64,000 nucleotides of DNA from Enoplolaimus lenunculus (Eukaryota). Each line of letters begins with the position of its first letter. Within the stretch, counting starts at the first letter, position 1. Positions 48,607 to 62,165 of the stretch are shown here, in pieces. Under the pieces are notes generated by a model. The model was not told the origin of the DNA and searched no databases. It saw only the letters and a program-made list of their open reading frames with translations. Position numbers and translations under genes: made by a program. The stretch spans positions 310,001 to 374,000 of the forward strand of contig JASANG010003930.1 in NCBI GenBank assembly GCA_030248215.1. The letters run 5' to 3'.

Positions 48607-50518
48607 CCCCCTGCGCATTATTTCACGACGAAATTGCTATAAAAATTAACAACTTTAAATGTTAGGATTTGAAAATCAAACACAAGCTGAGCAAAGAAGC
48701 TGCAGTGAAGTACGTAAATTTTTTCAAATAATTTTTACTATTAAATTGATACGATACGAACTTCAAAATTATAAACTGAAAAACCATAAAATCAGGGTAC
48801 CAATGCAATTTTGTTCTACCCGCACTTAAAAAAAATTCGACAATTTTTCATGCCCTGCGTCTTCGAATTCCACAACAGGAACAGCAAACGAACTTTTAAA
48901 GGGAAACCGACCAAAATTTAATACCTGAATTTTAAATTCCCGTAAAAACTTACCGAAACCGGAAGGTGACAAATGCCGGAACCAGAACAGGAAGTCCGGT
49001 TGCACTCTGATATATACACTTACTCGGCATTGAATCCTCATCAAGATCAGGACTATCCTGTTGCTCGCTATACTCATCCAAATGTTGTGCGTCTTCAGAT
49101 TCGTTATTCATTGCTCCAGTTAATGTTTTCGCTGATCTATTGTCTCGAGGGACATGCGCAGGGCAATGTCAGCTGATGTGTTAAGCGCAACGTTTTAATT
49201 GAAACTTCTGGCTGCTTTCTATTATAAACGTTAATTTATTTTGGGATAAATTATACCTATTACGTATGAATCTATAAACTAAAATATACGTAAGTACCTT
49301 AAGTACAAAATAACTTTTTTTCTTAATCACTAAAAATTGGGTAAAAAAATTACGCATATACGTAACGTTAATAAGAATTTCTCCATTTCGACACTTGTAC
49401 AGTGTTGTTCATCCCCCCACAACGTTAGGCCTAAGCCTAAGCCCACGTAATGCTAAAATCTGAAAAGTTCTAAGACTACGGTAGAATATGTACAGGAACC
49501 GGACAAGTCCAGAATTTCCCTAAAGGAAGAAGGTAACGAAAGGAAGAATGTTGACGGAATGCAGACCGGCCATGAAAAGTATCTGCCTCTGTCAATCTTT
49601 GGTCATCGCCAAAAAAAGTATAAATTTTCAAAATAGATTATTTCTAATGGTTTTTCTGGTTGTTTTCTATATTTCATAGTTTTCGTGTTTTTCAGCATAT
49701 CAGCTCATAATTATTGCACAACTATGAAAGTACCAAGCATCACTTACTTCAACAATGCAGCGATACATTTGCTGATTACTAGACTTCTAGTCTCGGTTCC
49801 AAACCACTAAGACTCAAAAAACCGAGAGCGAGAACGAAACCGAGACTTCCATCCCTGGCAACGGGAACACTATATGCCCGCACCTGCAGTTTTCTAAGCT
49901 GATAGCGACAGAATATCTTGTGTACACCAAGTTACAATTTTCGAGGGTTCTTGTTACAGTATGGCCGTCTATTTTCAGTAAAAATTGCTTGTATAGCTGG
50001 TATTAGAGATTTACGTATGCTGTATATTAAACTTATATATTAATGGACGCCTGCCAATTCTCAGAGCACTGGATCAGCTTGAGGTTAACTTTATTTAAAA
50101 TTAACCATTTTGAAAATTTCAAAACTTTAAATATGAAGTCGTATGAAACTATAAATAACATTAGTCAGATGCTCGTTCGTAACTAAAAATACTTACTAAA
50201 AAACAAAGAGATTCGTAAACGAATGAAACAACAGGTAAAACCTACGTTCAACCACTTTAACAACTCATAACCGAAAAATCGGATTTCCGGCATCGGAATA
50301 GCAGCCGGTCGAATCGGAATTGGAACCCAAATTTTATCGGAATTTTAACCGGAATCGTAATTCCGTTGGAACCCTGCAATTTTCACATGGCTGCAATACG
50401 CACATGTTGAATCGACAATACATATTGTTCAAAAGTTCTAGCATAGGACAGTTAGTTGCGAGTTACCTATGCAAGCAAAATTGCATAATGTTATGTAATG
50501 AAAGGTATGGCTCGAAGA

Positions 50519-50695
50519 CTGCCGCGAGGCGAGTAATGTAACTTTGCACAGATATCTCTAAAATTAAGAGCTCAGCCAGTATTGCAACTGATTAAAAACA
50601 TCATTTACTCATTTTATCTGTTAAATTCCAAAAACTGCCCTAGAGTTCTTAATTTTAGGGATATCTGTGCAGTTACATCACTCGCCTCGCGGCAG
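50519..50695. repeat. Short foldback: ~55-bp inverted arms around ~65-bp spacer
   Basis: ctgccgcgaggcgagt..aattaagagctc / gagttcttaatt..actcgcctcgcggcag. Confidence 0.85.
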
Positions 50696-53026
50696 CACAG
50701 TTCCACCACAAGCTTAAGCCGAAGTATAAGCTTAAGTTATGCCAAAATCTGAATATTTCAAAACTGTGAAGACGTGAAATGCGCAAGTCCCTGAAATCGT
50801 ACGTTACGATAACTAAACAGAATATATATCTAAAACACAAGAAAATGCAGTTTCTCGGTGTGCAAAGAGATAAAAACTCTCAACAGAAATAGTTCGTAAC
50901 AGACATATATGTACAGTATATATACGAATACGGCATAGGCATAATATGAAATTTAAATAAAAATGAAACTCAAAATTAAACATGAAGTAACGCTTAAGCG
51001 AGGCATATATTATTTCAAAATTGAAATCATTAACAGCACTGTATGGGCAATTGTATACAAGTAACACCACGCGGAATACATGGAAACGGTTAAATTATGA
51101 TGCGTGGTTGGCAGGGGCGGATCCAGAGTAGAGTGGGGGCGAAGGCGGGATCCCATCACAAAACTTAATGTAAAAATGAAGTGCCTCCATAAGGGTAGCG
51201 CTATACTTTTGATGACATCCAGTGCCGTCCGTCACCGTGCGTCACTATACACCAGGGTGCAACCATATACCAAAAACTGACGGAGCTGGATAATCTAATA
51301 TCCGGCCGGAGCCGGATAATCTAATATCCGGCCGGAGCCGGATAATCGAATATACGGCCGGAGCCGGATAATGAATTGAAATTTAATACTATATTGCATT
51401 CACATATCAGAACGTAGCTTACAAATTTCCTTCCGTGGCTTTAAGCAAGATTCGATAATAAGAGTGTGCAACTTCCAATAATACGCGTGGCATAAAAAGC
51501 ACCACCGCGCGTTGCGTTTTGCCCATACCCCCCTTATTTAGGGGTGTCAACTGCACACAGAACTCAGTTAAACCTAAATCAAGAATACAATCGAACAATA
51601 TTTGCACTGTGTATCGCAACAATATTTGCCTACATTCAAGGTTTCAACACCCCCCCAAATGAGGGGGGAAGTAAGAAATGCAACGCGTGCCTAGTACATT
51701 CATTTGTACACAGAATGTAGCCAGTTGCATGCTCTTGTTAAAGGGTATCATGCACACTTGCTTTAAGGTACCCAAAGTATTTACGCGACAAAGTTTAACA
51801 ACTAACCCGATGCGTTTGTAAGAACACTTTAACAACGGCCCTATTATACTATTCTATGTTTTTGTAGCATTGCGTTCAGTTGCAATATTCATTTGGCTCA
51901 TGTTCCCTTCAAGGAAATCCTGTTTTCTGTAGATCAAAGGTGACTAAGATCAGGAATGGGAGTCAGGGTCTCAGTTTCAGCAAGTCTAGGTATTTGGCAA
52001 GTCTCCGTTCCTTGAGTCTCGGTGGTTTGGAACCAACTATAGAAATAATTTCTTTTGAAAATTTTATGTTTTTCGGTGATGACCAAAAGTTGACCGAGAC
52101 CGAGACTTGTCACTTCCGGTCTCTGTTCATCCCTGGCTCGGAAACAAGCCATTATTTTTGCTTACTTATTCATAGTCCCATTTTTACGCTGAATTTAGGC
52201 TTAGCCTTAGGAATAGTAGAAATGTGCTGCTGGTTTTCCAGCGTTATTGTTACCCATCACGTGCAAAAATCTACATTACATGTGTGACAGAGAAAATGTA
52301 AAAGTAAGTCAGTCAGTCCGATGGTACTTGGCATAAATACAACTGATATAAATTTTTTGAAGTTTTCTAAAAATAACATCCGACAAGTTAAAATACCGGA
52401 GCCCGGAGCCGGATGACGATTTTTTGCCGGAGCCGGATATCCGATTGCAACCTGGTAGACGCGTAGAGGCAATGGTATGATATTAATTCATCTTCATTTG
52501 AAGATGCAATAACATACTAATTTCAGCCTGAACGTTGCTTTAGCTTGTGAAAACATACGCATTTACCTAACCACTAACAGTACAATCAAATCAAGACGAA
52601 ACAGTATTCCACTTTCCGACCGGAATTCGTGCAAAAACTCCATTCCTGTTCATGTTCCAGCTGCCATGCAGCAAATTTTTTCCAAACGTTAATTTTAATT
52701 TTAAGGTAACACTTTGTAATTATCCACAGAACCATTCAAATTTCTATTTCTGTTCCGACTTCAAAGACGCAGGAACAGAAATTTTTCACGGTTTTCCTTA
52801 ATACAGAAATTACGTTGAATACCTTTACAGCAAGGCAGCTTAGTCTGGCTACTTGTCTTTGGTCTCCAAATTCATATTTTAAACAACCTGAGGTATATTT
52901 TGTAGAACATTCAAAACGCAAACGGGCGATTAAATAACATTTAAGGTTAAGGCATCAGTTACTTTAACAATACAGCCATACATTTGCTGACTTCCCGATT
53001 TTTGGTCTCGGTTCCAAACCACTGAA

Positions 53027-53528
53027 CAGAGATGTGCGGTCTCGGTTAAAAGCCGAGACCGAGACCTGAATGCCGAGACCGGCCATGAAAAGTCTATTCC
53101 GGTCAATTTTTGGACATCACCTAAAAATTTATAATTTTTAAGATATATTAGTTTTGTGACGCTTTTGTAGTAGTTTTTTTGTATTTTTCATTTTTTTGTA
53201 TTTTTCAGTTTTTTGTGTTTTATCAAAATATCTGCTCATAATTATTGTGTAGCTATAAAAATTCATAGATCCACAGTAAAATTTTATTGATCCGGCAATA
53301 CTTACTTCAACAATATTAACCTCTACTTTTTGCAGGTTTTTGCTGAATCCCCGATTTGTGGACTCGGCTCCAAACCACAGAGACTCACATATGGAATTTG
53401 AGACCTCCCAAATACCGAGACTTGCCGAGATCGAGACACCCATCCCTGCTTCCGAGACTAAAAAACCGAGACTAAGACCCAGACTTGCCAAATACAGAGA
53501 CTTGCCGAGACCTATACTCTCATCCCTG
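53027..53528. mobile_element. hAT-like MITE with (GAGACC) subterminal repeats
   Basis: cagagatg / catccctg ends; related pieces at ~46165, ~49560-49857, ~51951-52134. Confidence 0.6.
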
Positions 53529-56298
53529 CGTTGAGGGTTCGACCAAAACCTACTCATAAACCGGAACCTTAACCTGCTGAACCGAAAATGGATCTTGTAC
53601 ATAAGAAAGCTCTCATCGACGAAGATATATTCACGTCAAATAAAAACCTAATCATGCCCAGTAATGACTCCACTAATAAAAAACGCCAAGTAAAAGAAGC
53701 GATTTTACAGAACGAACTTACTGCGATTATTCACTGAAACCTGCTAAAATCAGACTTAAAACTGGAACCGAAACTTCTGCTTGAACCCTGGCCAATGCAT
53801 AAAATATGAATACCGTAGCGCTAGTCATGCAATCATAATATCATAAATTTTATTAAGGCAACTTGAGTGAGAACGCACCAAAGTTTATTCATATTCTTTC
53901 TGAACAGCACAACTAAAATAATTCCACTGGATAGTCGACAGATAACATGCGATTCATCCATCCTCTATGAAAATTGAAAAATTCGACCTAACGTATAATT
54001 CGAGTTGGACCAATATTCCAGAAGAGAAATTTCAGCTTCCCAGCCAATTTTAGGGCAGAAAATTCAGCCTTAGTTAAAAATTAAGGTTTTGACATCTGCG
54101 AGTTATTCGGAAACGTGAGTAAGGGCCTTTTTTCATTCTTTCCACAAATACCTGAAGGATATATCGTCCACATTTCCCTTTTATACACCCCTGCTCTCAC
54201 CATTACGCAAAGGCACCTGTCAAGGTGACAAGTTATTTCACTGCGAAGTATTGTTGTGTGGTCGACGACGATATGCGCGGGTACGAATTATCGAGCGATA
54301 AGCTGTCACAACCAGACATCGAATTGCAGATCAAGAGGCCGCCAGGCCAGGCTCACCCCTACCCCTCCCCCCATTAGAGATCAGAACAATTTTGTAAAAT
54401 TACATGCTAAAATATCAGAAATTTCTGGATTCGCTACTGAGCAGTATATCACCAAACGGACGCAGGTTTCAATAACCCTACCCAAAATAGACAGGACCAT
54501 ACATCAATTTCTCTTAATAATCAAAAACATTTATATATAATAGTGTTTCCGTATTTTGAATAAAGCAAAACGCCACAAAATAATAAACACACGTATATAT
54601 ATAAACAACACAAATATATTGAAAATATATATCAATAAATATTAACACAATAAAATATATACAACATAATATAAAATCAATACACATACACTGTATAGAA
54701 AAGCACACAGCCAGGGGGATAGGGTCAAGAGGCCCCGTTATGAGTTTTGTACAGGGATTTTCAGGAACTTTTTGCGTTGATGATACAATAGCCTATTCCA
54801 TATTTTGGATGGAACCTGACCACCTTTCCGAAAACTACTAGTAATCACGCCCGTGACTGTAATACGTATATGCAGATATATTATGTACGCTATGTATCTA
54901 TTGCTTTAGTGTTTGCTTTACACAGATTGAACACAAACGAACGTATATGTGTTGCCAATGTTTTGTTTAAATATATGTGATCGCATACGAAGCTGTTCTC
55001 ACGACTTCGTTTTTATGTTCTATGCCCAATTTCTGGCAGCTTCAAAAAGTTCAAAACATCGCAGATGTCTTTTATAACAGCCATCACGTACTCACTAGGT
55101 TCACCTCTCACTGCTTGCAACAGTACCCCTTGAGAAATTGAACTTTCGTGCAATCTTACGTCTGTCCTATGATTTGTTTCAAGCGTTTGCTGGTGTTTTA
55201 ATAACGAATAACCCAAGAAGCGCTACTGTGATAAATTGCTATTTTTCAATCACGTTAGTAAAAGTGTGTGATTTGCTCAGAACGCCAGGCGTGCCGAATC
55301 CTTCATAATTTTCCACTCGGAAATACCGGGGGGAACTTGCCAGGTCCGTATACCATGAAACATGTGTATATATTTATCACTTCTGTGGCCTAATAACACG
55401 CCCAATCGTACTGTATTCGCTCGCGTAAAATCAATGTTACGCTACGCACATTAAGTGGAGTTAAAAGGAGTCAGCAGGAGTATTAATATTCAGCCTAGCA
55501 CGGCCACAAGAGCATGACTAAACTAACATATATACAAACACATAAATATATGTACACCGCCTAGTCACACAACACTTTGTTGTTGATTAGTGTTTACAAA
55601 GGTCTTTAAAATTGTGAACGGGGTCGTATCAACGAATAAAAAGTGGTCGTAGTCGAGGAATGTGGACGGAGGTAATTTTTGTTAAAATATAATGCATTCG
55701 TTCCACATTCGACAAAAGCAGATGGTTCCGAATCGGATTCGGTTTAAAAAATCGAATCCAGCAAGGTTCAATAACAACCGCTTGATTTTTTCAAATTAAG
55801 TTGAACCGCGTAACAACTTTTGGAATCGTTTGTCATTTGATGTTCTGGACTTGAAACAATATTTCAATGAATTCCGGTTTCAATATATCAAAATTCGGTG
55901 TTATTGCGTACATAAGATCCGGCTTAATAAGGCAGCATGTCCAACGGCTAAATTTATAATTTTGCATAATTTTATTTATATAAATTAATTTTTCGATGTC
56001 AAGATTCGGGAGCGGATAATGATTGGGCAAAAATCGCAATGGGTCCTATTTGGAATCGGTACAATCGTAGTTTCGGGGTTACCTTATTGCATCGATGCAT
56101 GCACACACATAATATACACTTCAATATTTGATTAGAGATCGTGGTGTACTTTCACTGATTTCTTGTAGCATGCAAGGTTTAAAACTGTACTGAATTAGTA
56201 AAAGTTACTTGGTATTTAATCTGTTTTCAGAAGCAAATTCTCATTTTATCTAATCTTAACAAGTTTATACACTAATAGATGAATAGTTGCGAAACAAA

Positions 56299-58896
56299 AT
56301 GAATTCAATCACACAGTCGGCAACGCCATCTTACTCGGCTTCGCCGTACTGTCTTGAAATCTGTGTTGATAGCTTACAATCGGCTCGAGCTGCCAAAAAA
56401 GGAGGCGCAGATCGTATTGAACTTTGTTCTGCCTTATCAGTCGGAGGGCTCACTCCATCAATTGGACTTTTACAAGCTGTCATTCAGGATACCTGGTCAA
56501 GTGGGCTGCCAGTGTACTGCATGATCCGATGTCGTCCTGGCAATTTTGTTTTCAATGATGACGAAGTCAATGTGATGCGGGTACATATAATACGGTTTAT
56601 ATCGAACTCCGAATTCATTTAAACACATTGAGATTCAGAACTACAAACACTGAAAGATTTTGAAACAATTGAGTATGTTGATTATGTTCCTCCAGCTCAA
56701 TTTTGAAAACAAATAGGTATTTCGGAACCTTGCTGGATTCGGCTATTTCAAATGCGAATCCAAATCCGATCCCGAAAGTTCAATTTTTGCTGAATCTGAA
56801 ACCGAATCCAACCTTTGTTACCGCCTTGTATTCAAAACCACTGTACTTTTTTCACCCAAAAAATTTGGGAGGTTCGCACTGGTAGACCCCCTGTGTGCAC
56901 CAGAGCATATCACCCTAGTGAACGTATCTAGGAATCCGACAAGAAGTAAATTTTTCGCATGCACAAACATCAGCACCAGGAATAATCGATTTTGAGACAG
57001 TATCACTGCCGAACTGCCGCTTCTGCGCTTATATACCATTTACAAAATAGAATGCGAAAATACTTCACGAAATTGTCTACAACCAAAGTTTTGCAAAATT
57101 TCACATATAGTTCTAGCGAAATCAGTCATCTAGCATTTTAGTCGAACAACTTATTCACTAAACCGAACGAGACGAAACGCATCACCGTAAAAAAATGCCA
57201 GTTCAGGAACAGGAACATGAATCGATTTTTTACACGAATTCATGCGGAACGAAATTACGGTCTAATCCTCCCGTATGTAAAATTTTTTCAGAATGACATT
57301 GTCGAACTTCGCATGCGCGGGGCTCGTGGTTTCGTTTTTGGTGCATTAACTCCAACTGGAGAAGTCGATATCGAAGTGTGCGAGACACTTTTAAGTGCTT
57401 CAGCTCCGCTGCCTGCAACATTTCATCGAGGTTTCGATCAACTCACCGACTGGCGTCATGGGTAAGAATTTGCGTTATATAGTTAAATGCGGCTAGATAA
57501 AGATCGATTTAACTTTACACGTCATATGCTTCACTGACATTCGAGCACCAGAAACGAGGATAGCATAATGTTGGCCAGAGAGAGACCGAATATCCAGTTC
57601 GTGTTTAATACTGTAGTGACCCGATTAAGAGCAGGGTAATCAGTGGACAGGTCCCCATTTTGAGTCCCAACCAATAGGAGTCCGTATCCCTAATAAGAGT
57701 CCGTAAGAGAATAGCGTCCCTACACCACCCTAATTAGAGGGCATAAATGTCAATTATAATTGTAGTGCCCAAATGACCCCAGGACCAAATAAGTTGATTT
57801 CTAAACTTTAAAGCATAATTATAGTTTTGAAAGTACATCAATACGCATAACCTTACATTATCACTCAAGCTTTTGATACAAGACAACTAAACGTTTAATT
57901 CTACAATCAACGTATAGATGTAATAACGGATCGGATACAGTCAGTAACGAAAGGCGGCGGAGGACGGGTTAAAAATAAATAACAGTCCGTCAACGAATAA
58001 CAGGAGGTACCCTCTGGAGAGACCAAATAAATATCGGCCCCATTCTTATCCGGGACTCTGGTCACTACAGTATCCGGCAAAAATTGACATCCGCATCCGG
58101 TTTTTCTATAAACCTATTCGATAGTTACCTCTGTGGTTCACAATAGCATAAATCTGCTTTTGAAACTGGGTAATGTTAAACAATTTTCTGCGATTGCAGT
58201 GCTTGGCAAGTCAACACGTTTATGTTTGTCCCACTGAGTAAACGGAAAATTGTTTGCGTGAATCAAGCATTTCGAACAGTACACAACATTTAGATGCTGC
58301 ATTCGGTAAAAATCCGTTCCCGTAATGGTTGAAAATCACCATTCGACTCCGGTTACGGTATCGGCGCTAAATTAATATCTGGTCGCACCATAAGGCTAGT
58401 AATTTAACATGAAGTATTTGTGAGCGTAATGAAATTCCAGTTAGAGACCCCAAATCAGGCCATAGCTGCAAGACTTAACGAAAACACGTATTTTAAATCA
58501 AACGAAGACAAAATCCACGCCGTACCTCAAAGCTTAAATTCTTTCAGTCTCGACTCAATTGCAGAACTTGGTTTTCGGACAGTATTATCCAGCGGCCTCG
58601 CGCAAACAGCTGAGCAAGGGCTGCAAACGCTGAAACTAATGTCTGATTATGTACGCTCAACACATCAAAGCCTATCAATAATGCCTGGATCAGGTATTAA
58701 TATGACTAATTTGACAAAAATCGTCAATGAAACCTCCTGCCGCGCAATACATGGCTCAGCATCAAAGCCTATAAATGACACAACACGGATATCAAATAGC
58801 ATCAGCGTTGGTCAAGATGATAGCCATGAGATACGCGTGACCTGTGAAGAGACAGTGCGAAGAATGAAATGCACCCTAACGAAAATGTTATCCTAG
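56299..58896 (+). CDS. CUTC: Copper homeostasis protein CutC, 3 exons: 56299-56580, 57292-57461, 58548-58896 (266 aa)
   Basis: LEICVDS..GGADRIELCSAL..GGLTPS, MIRCRPGNF, GFVFGALT, TFHRGFD, VLSSG, IMPGSGI, HGSAS; GT-AG introns in phases 0 and 2. Confidence 0.95.
57611..58070. mobile_element. Tc1/mariner-type MITE in CutC intron 2
   Basis: TA-ctgtagtgacc...ggtcactacag-TA; internal homology to 26881-27127. Confidence 0.8.
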
Positions 58897-59876
58897 AACT
58901 CAGACATAAAAATGCCTGTTTCTGTAATATTACCGAGTTCACAAAACTACTACATTGTTTCAATTAAACACACTAAAGTGACGCTTGAACGACAAACTCA
59001 GCGAGCGAAAGTCACATAAGTTAAACCGATGACCCATGACCAGTAGTGATAAGCATCGGATATTTATGCGGATATTCTTAATTAAATTTTCTATTTCGGA
59101 TATCCGAAATTCGATTTTGCGTTTTTTTGTTTCCGAATGAGTTTTCGTTTCTCAAGCATTAATTTTAACTTGTTGCTCTAAGGGTAATACCTTGACTCAC
59201 AAGCTCACTGCTATAAGCATAAATCATACAATTCTAAAATAGTTTTTTATTATGCAACTGCTTCAATAGTGCTGGGAATTCGGTTTAGAAGATTGCTACC
59301 AACTAATAAATACTTGCGTTGGCCACGTAAAATTGAGCTGATTTGGTTTGTCTCCGATTCTATCGAATGTCACCCTTGCCTCGATCTATATATATGAGTC
59401 GTTCTACATTCCAAGAAGAAAGAATACATTAAAATATACTTACGCTAAATCGTACAAACATCAGCCCGTGTTACTTTTAGTGGTGCTTCGCTTGCAGCGG
59501 CGTATCCAGAAGTTTCTGACGGGGCAGGCTCGTAAATTATTTGAAACGCAATTTTTCACCAAAAAAGTTTCTGATGGAGAAAACTGTAATGTAGGGGCCA
59601 GGGTGTACTTAGATTGACTTACTTTTACATCTTCATTGTGTCATAATTGTGTTGTAAATGTTGTATGTGCCCTTTATGTTATTAAAGTAGTGTTTGCTAG
59701 TTTATCGTGCATGGTGCATTAACAACAACATTATGATGATGCACTTTCAATGATCACATCGAGTTTGCAACTGAAAATTCGCTGAAGGTGAGGTATTCGT
59801 AGACTAACGGTCTGTCAAAGGTTCAATTTCGTAGCTTGCATGTTCATTTTTAGCAAATACGAAAATAAAAACTTAA

Positions 59877-60137
59877 CCCTTTCTCACATGAATATTTTCT
59901 GTTTCCCCTGAGACCTACTTTGAGGCTAGGATTCGAATTCCAGTGACTGGAGTGAGAGTCGTATACCACCACCACTCAGCTATAGGAGCTTGACGCTCGA
60001 GCCCGAGGGGGCTCTCAAGTCTTTTGGTGATTTAGTACTATGTATGTGTTGCAATTGTTAAACACGGTGCGATATATGCTATTTAACGTATATACACTGC
60101 GCTGAGTTGCCTACAGGCAACTCAATGTGAGAAGGGG
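59877..60137. mobile_element. piggyBac-like MITE, copy 1, with tRNA-like module on minus strand
   Basis: TTAA-ccctttctcacat...atgtgagaagggg-TTAT; A/B boxes at ~59923-59989. Confidence 0.75.
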
Positions 60138-60170
60138 TTATAGATAGTAAACTGAAAATTTTTCGCTTAA

Positions 60171-60433
60171 CCCTTTCTCACATGAATATTTTCTATTTCC
60201 CCTGACACCTACTTTTATGCTAGGAGTCGAACTCCACTGACTGGAGTGGGAGGCGTATACCATCACCACTCAGATATAGGAGCTTGACGCTCGAGCCCGA
60301 GGGGGCTCTCACGTCTTGTGGTGATTTAGTACTATGTATACGTGCTGCAGTTGTTAAACATGGTGCGATATATACTATTTAACGTATATACACTGCTCTG
60401 AGTTGCCTACAGGCAACTCAATGTGAGAAGGGG
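60171..60433. mobile_element. piggyBac-like MITE, copy 2, with tRNA-like module on minus strand
   Basis: TTAA-ccctttctcacat...atgtgagaagggg-TTAA. Confidence 0.8.
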
Positions 60434-61815
60434 TTAATCCACTATTTATAGGCCTAAACTGCAATGTAAAAATAAGTCAACGCGAATATATCTCAATTCA
60501 TGCTTTTTTTAGTTTGTTTTGAATTTCAGTTATTTGTGGAAATAAATAGAATTGAAAGTGTATGTGCTCGTGGTATTTTTTGAGTGATAGGCAACTAATT
60601 CACAAGAAAATTATAATTTGTGCGCTGAAACATTAATTCAAACATAGTAATATATATGGTTTACTAAACCAGGATACAAACTATAAAGGAATATGACATT
60701 AAATAAAACAACAAATTAACTATCCGGCTCCGGCCGGATATAAGATTAACCGGATCCAGCTCCGTCAGTTTTTGGTATCCGGTTGTACCCTGATGTATAC
60801 GTAGATTTTGTTTTTGCAACGGTAAATTTTAGTACTTGACAATGCGTATTCGATGCAAATTTTTCACTCGGCAAATTTTGAGATAATTTAAAAATACGAA
60901 GTCATTGTTACGATAAATATCAAGCTAAACTGAAGTTTTTCTAATTTTAGCATGTTTTAAGAAATCAAAATTTTTAAATCATCATGGAATTACGCAGGAA
61001 TGTGGTTCAATATTTTAGCTCAGGTTTGAATACAAAATTTCTTTTCGTCAGCTCAAGCTAAGTACTTTAATGGAGAAACAATGCAAATTATTCCTAAAAT
61101 TTTTTACACCAGATATCCGGATATACGTTTCTTTTCGAGTAGGTATATATTCAGATAATTTTAACATCCAGATATCCGGTACCCATCTACAATGCTAAGG
61201 TATATATTGTTTTCGTCTTCGTTTCATGTAAAAATCGGTGTCCGTTTTCATTATAAAAATATCGAAAACTTTAGTTTTACACTCGATGTCAGCTTTAATT
61301 CACTTATGAATTTAAATAATTTTTCAGTACATTTACGCTGCAATTCTTACATTTGAAGTTTTAAGTTCATCAACCCTTTTATAAAATTTTAGAAATCCCG
61401 ATGAATATTTGGATATCGTAACCGTATCATAGAGAATGTTTACTTTATACCTAACCAAATATTCGTATTCGGTTTGCGCTCATCTATAATTCTGACTTAC
61501 TTCGTTGTCTTACATAAACCAGGGTACAACTGAAGATCGAGGACGTGCGAGCTGTGATGGTGGTTTAAAGATTTCCCACAACGGGTACTTAAGCGAAATG
61601 TTCAACGCTATACGACAAAACAGATTACCTGATTTTGCTTCACCTCCCACTAAGGCAAACTTGATTTCGTCCGTCTCAAACTTTCATTCCACAACGCATA
61701 CTTACGCGAAATGTTTAATGCTATACGAGAAAACCAGGGTGCAACCAGGGGTAAAAACCGGAGGTCATCGAAACTTGCCGGAGCCGGAGGTGAGGAGAAA
61801 TTACACAGTAAAAAT

Positions 61816-62165
61816 GGCCAATGTTACTTTAAAGGCCGTCCCATTTTCCAAGGACAGAAATGTACCAGGTGTACCCGTCCCATTTTCCCGGGACAGCAAT
61901 ATACCAGGAGTACATTCCAAAAATATAATGAGGACAGCGGGACAGTTGGGACAGATGAGACAGTTGGACAGATGGGACAGCGGGACAAATGGGATAGTTG
62001 GGACAGATGAGACAGTTGGGATGGATATGTGTATATATACATATATATAATATATATACATATATATTATACATGTATATATAATATATACATATGCATA
62101 AGTGTGCACTCCGGGTATATTTGTATCCCGGACAATTGGGACGGCCTTTATAGTAACATGGGCCC
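61816..62165. mobile_element. MITE nested in hAT-like element; carries GGGACA repeats and (TA)n
   Basis: TIR ggccaatgttactttaaaggccgtccca / tgggacggcctttatagtaacatgggcc; taaaaat duplicated on flanks. Confidence 0.75.

Noticed and set aside
56299..58896. CutC as horizontal transfer
   Set aside because: CUTC is native to animals and this copy has spliceosomal introns.
59923..60283. Functional tRNA genes
   Set aside because: A/B-like boxes present, but acceptor and anticodon stems do not pair; embedded in MITEs.
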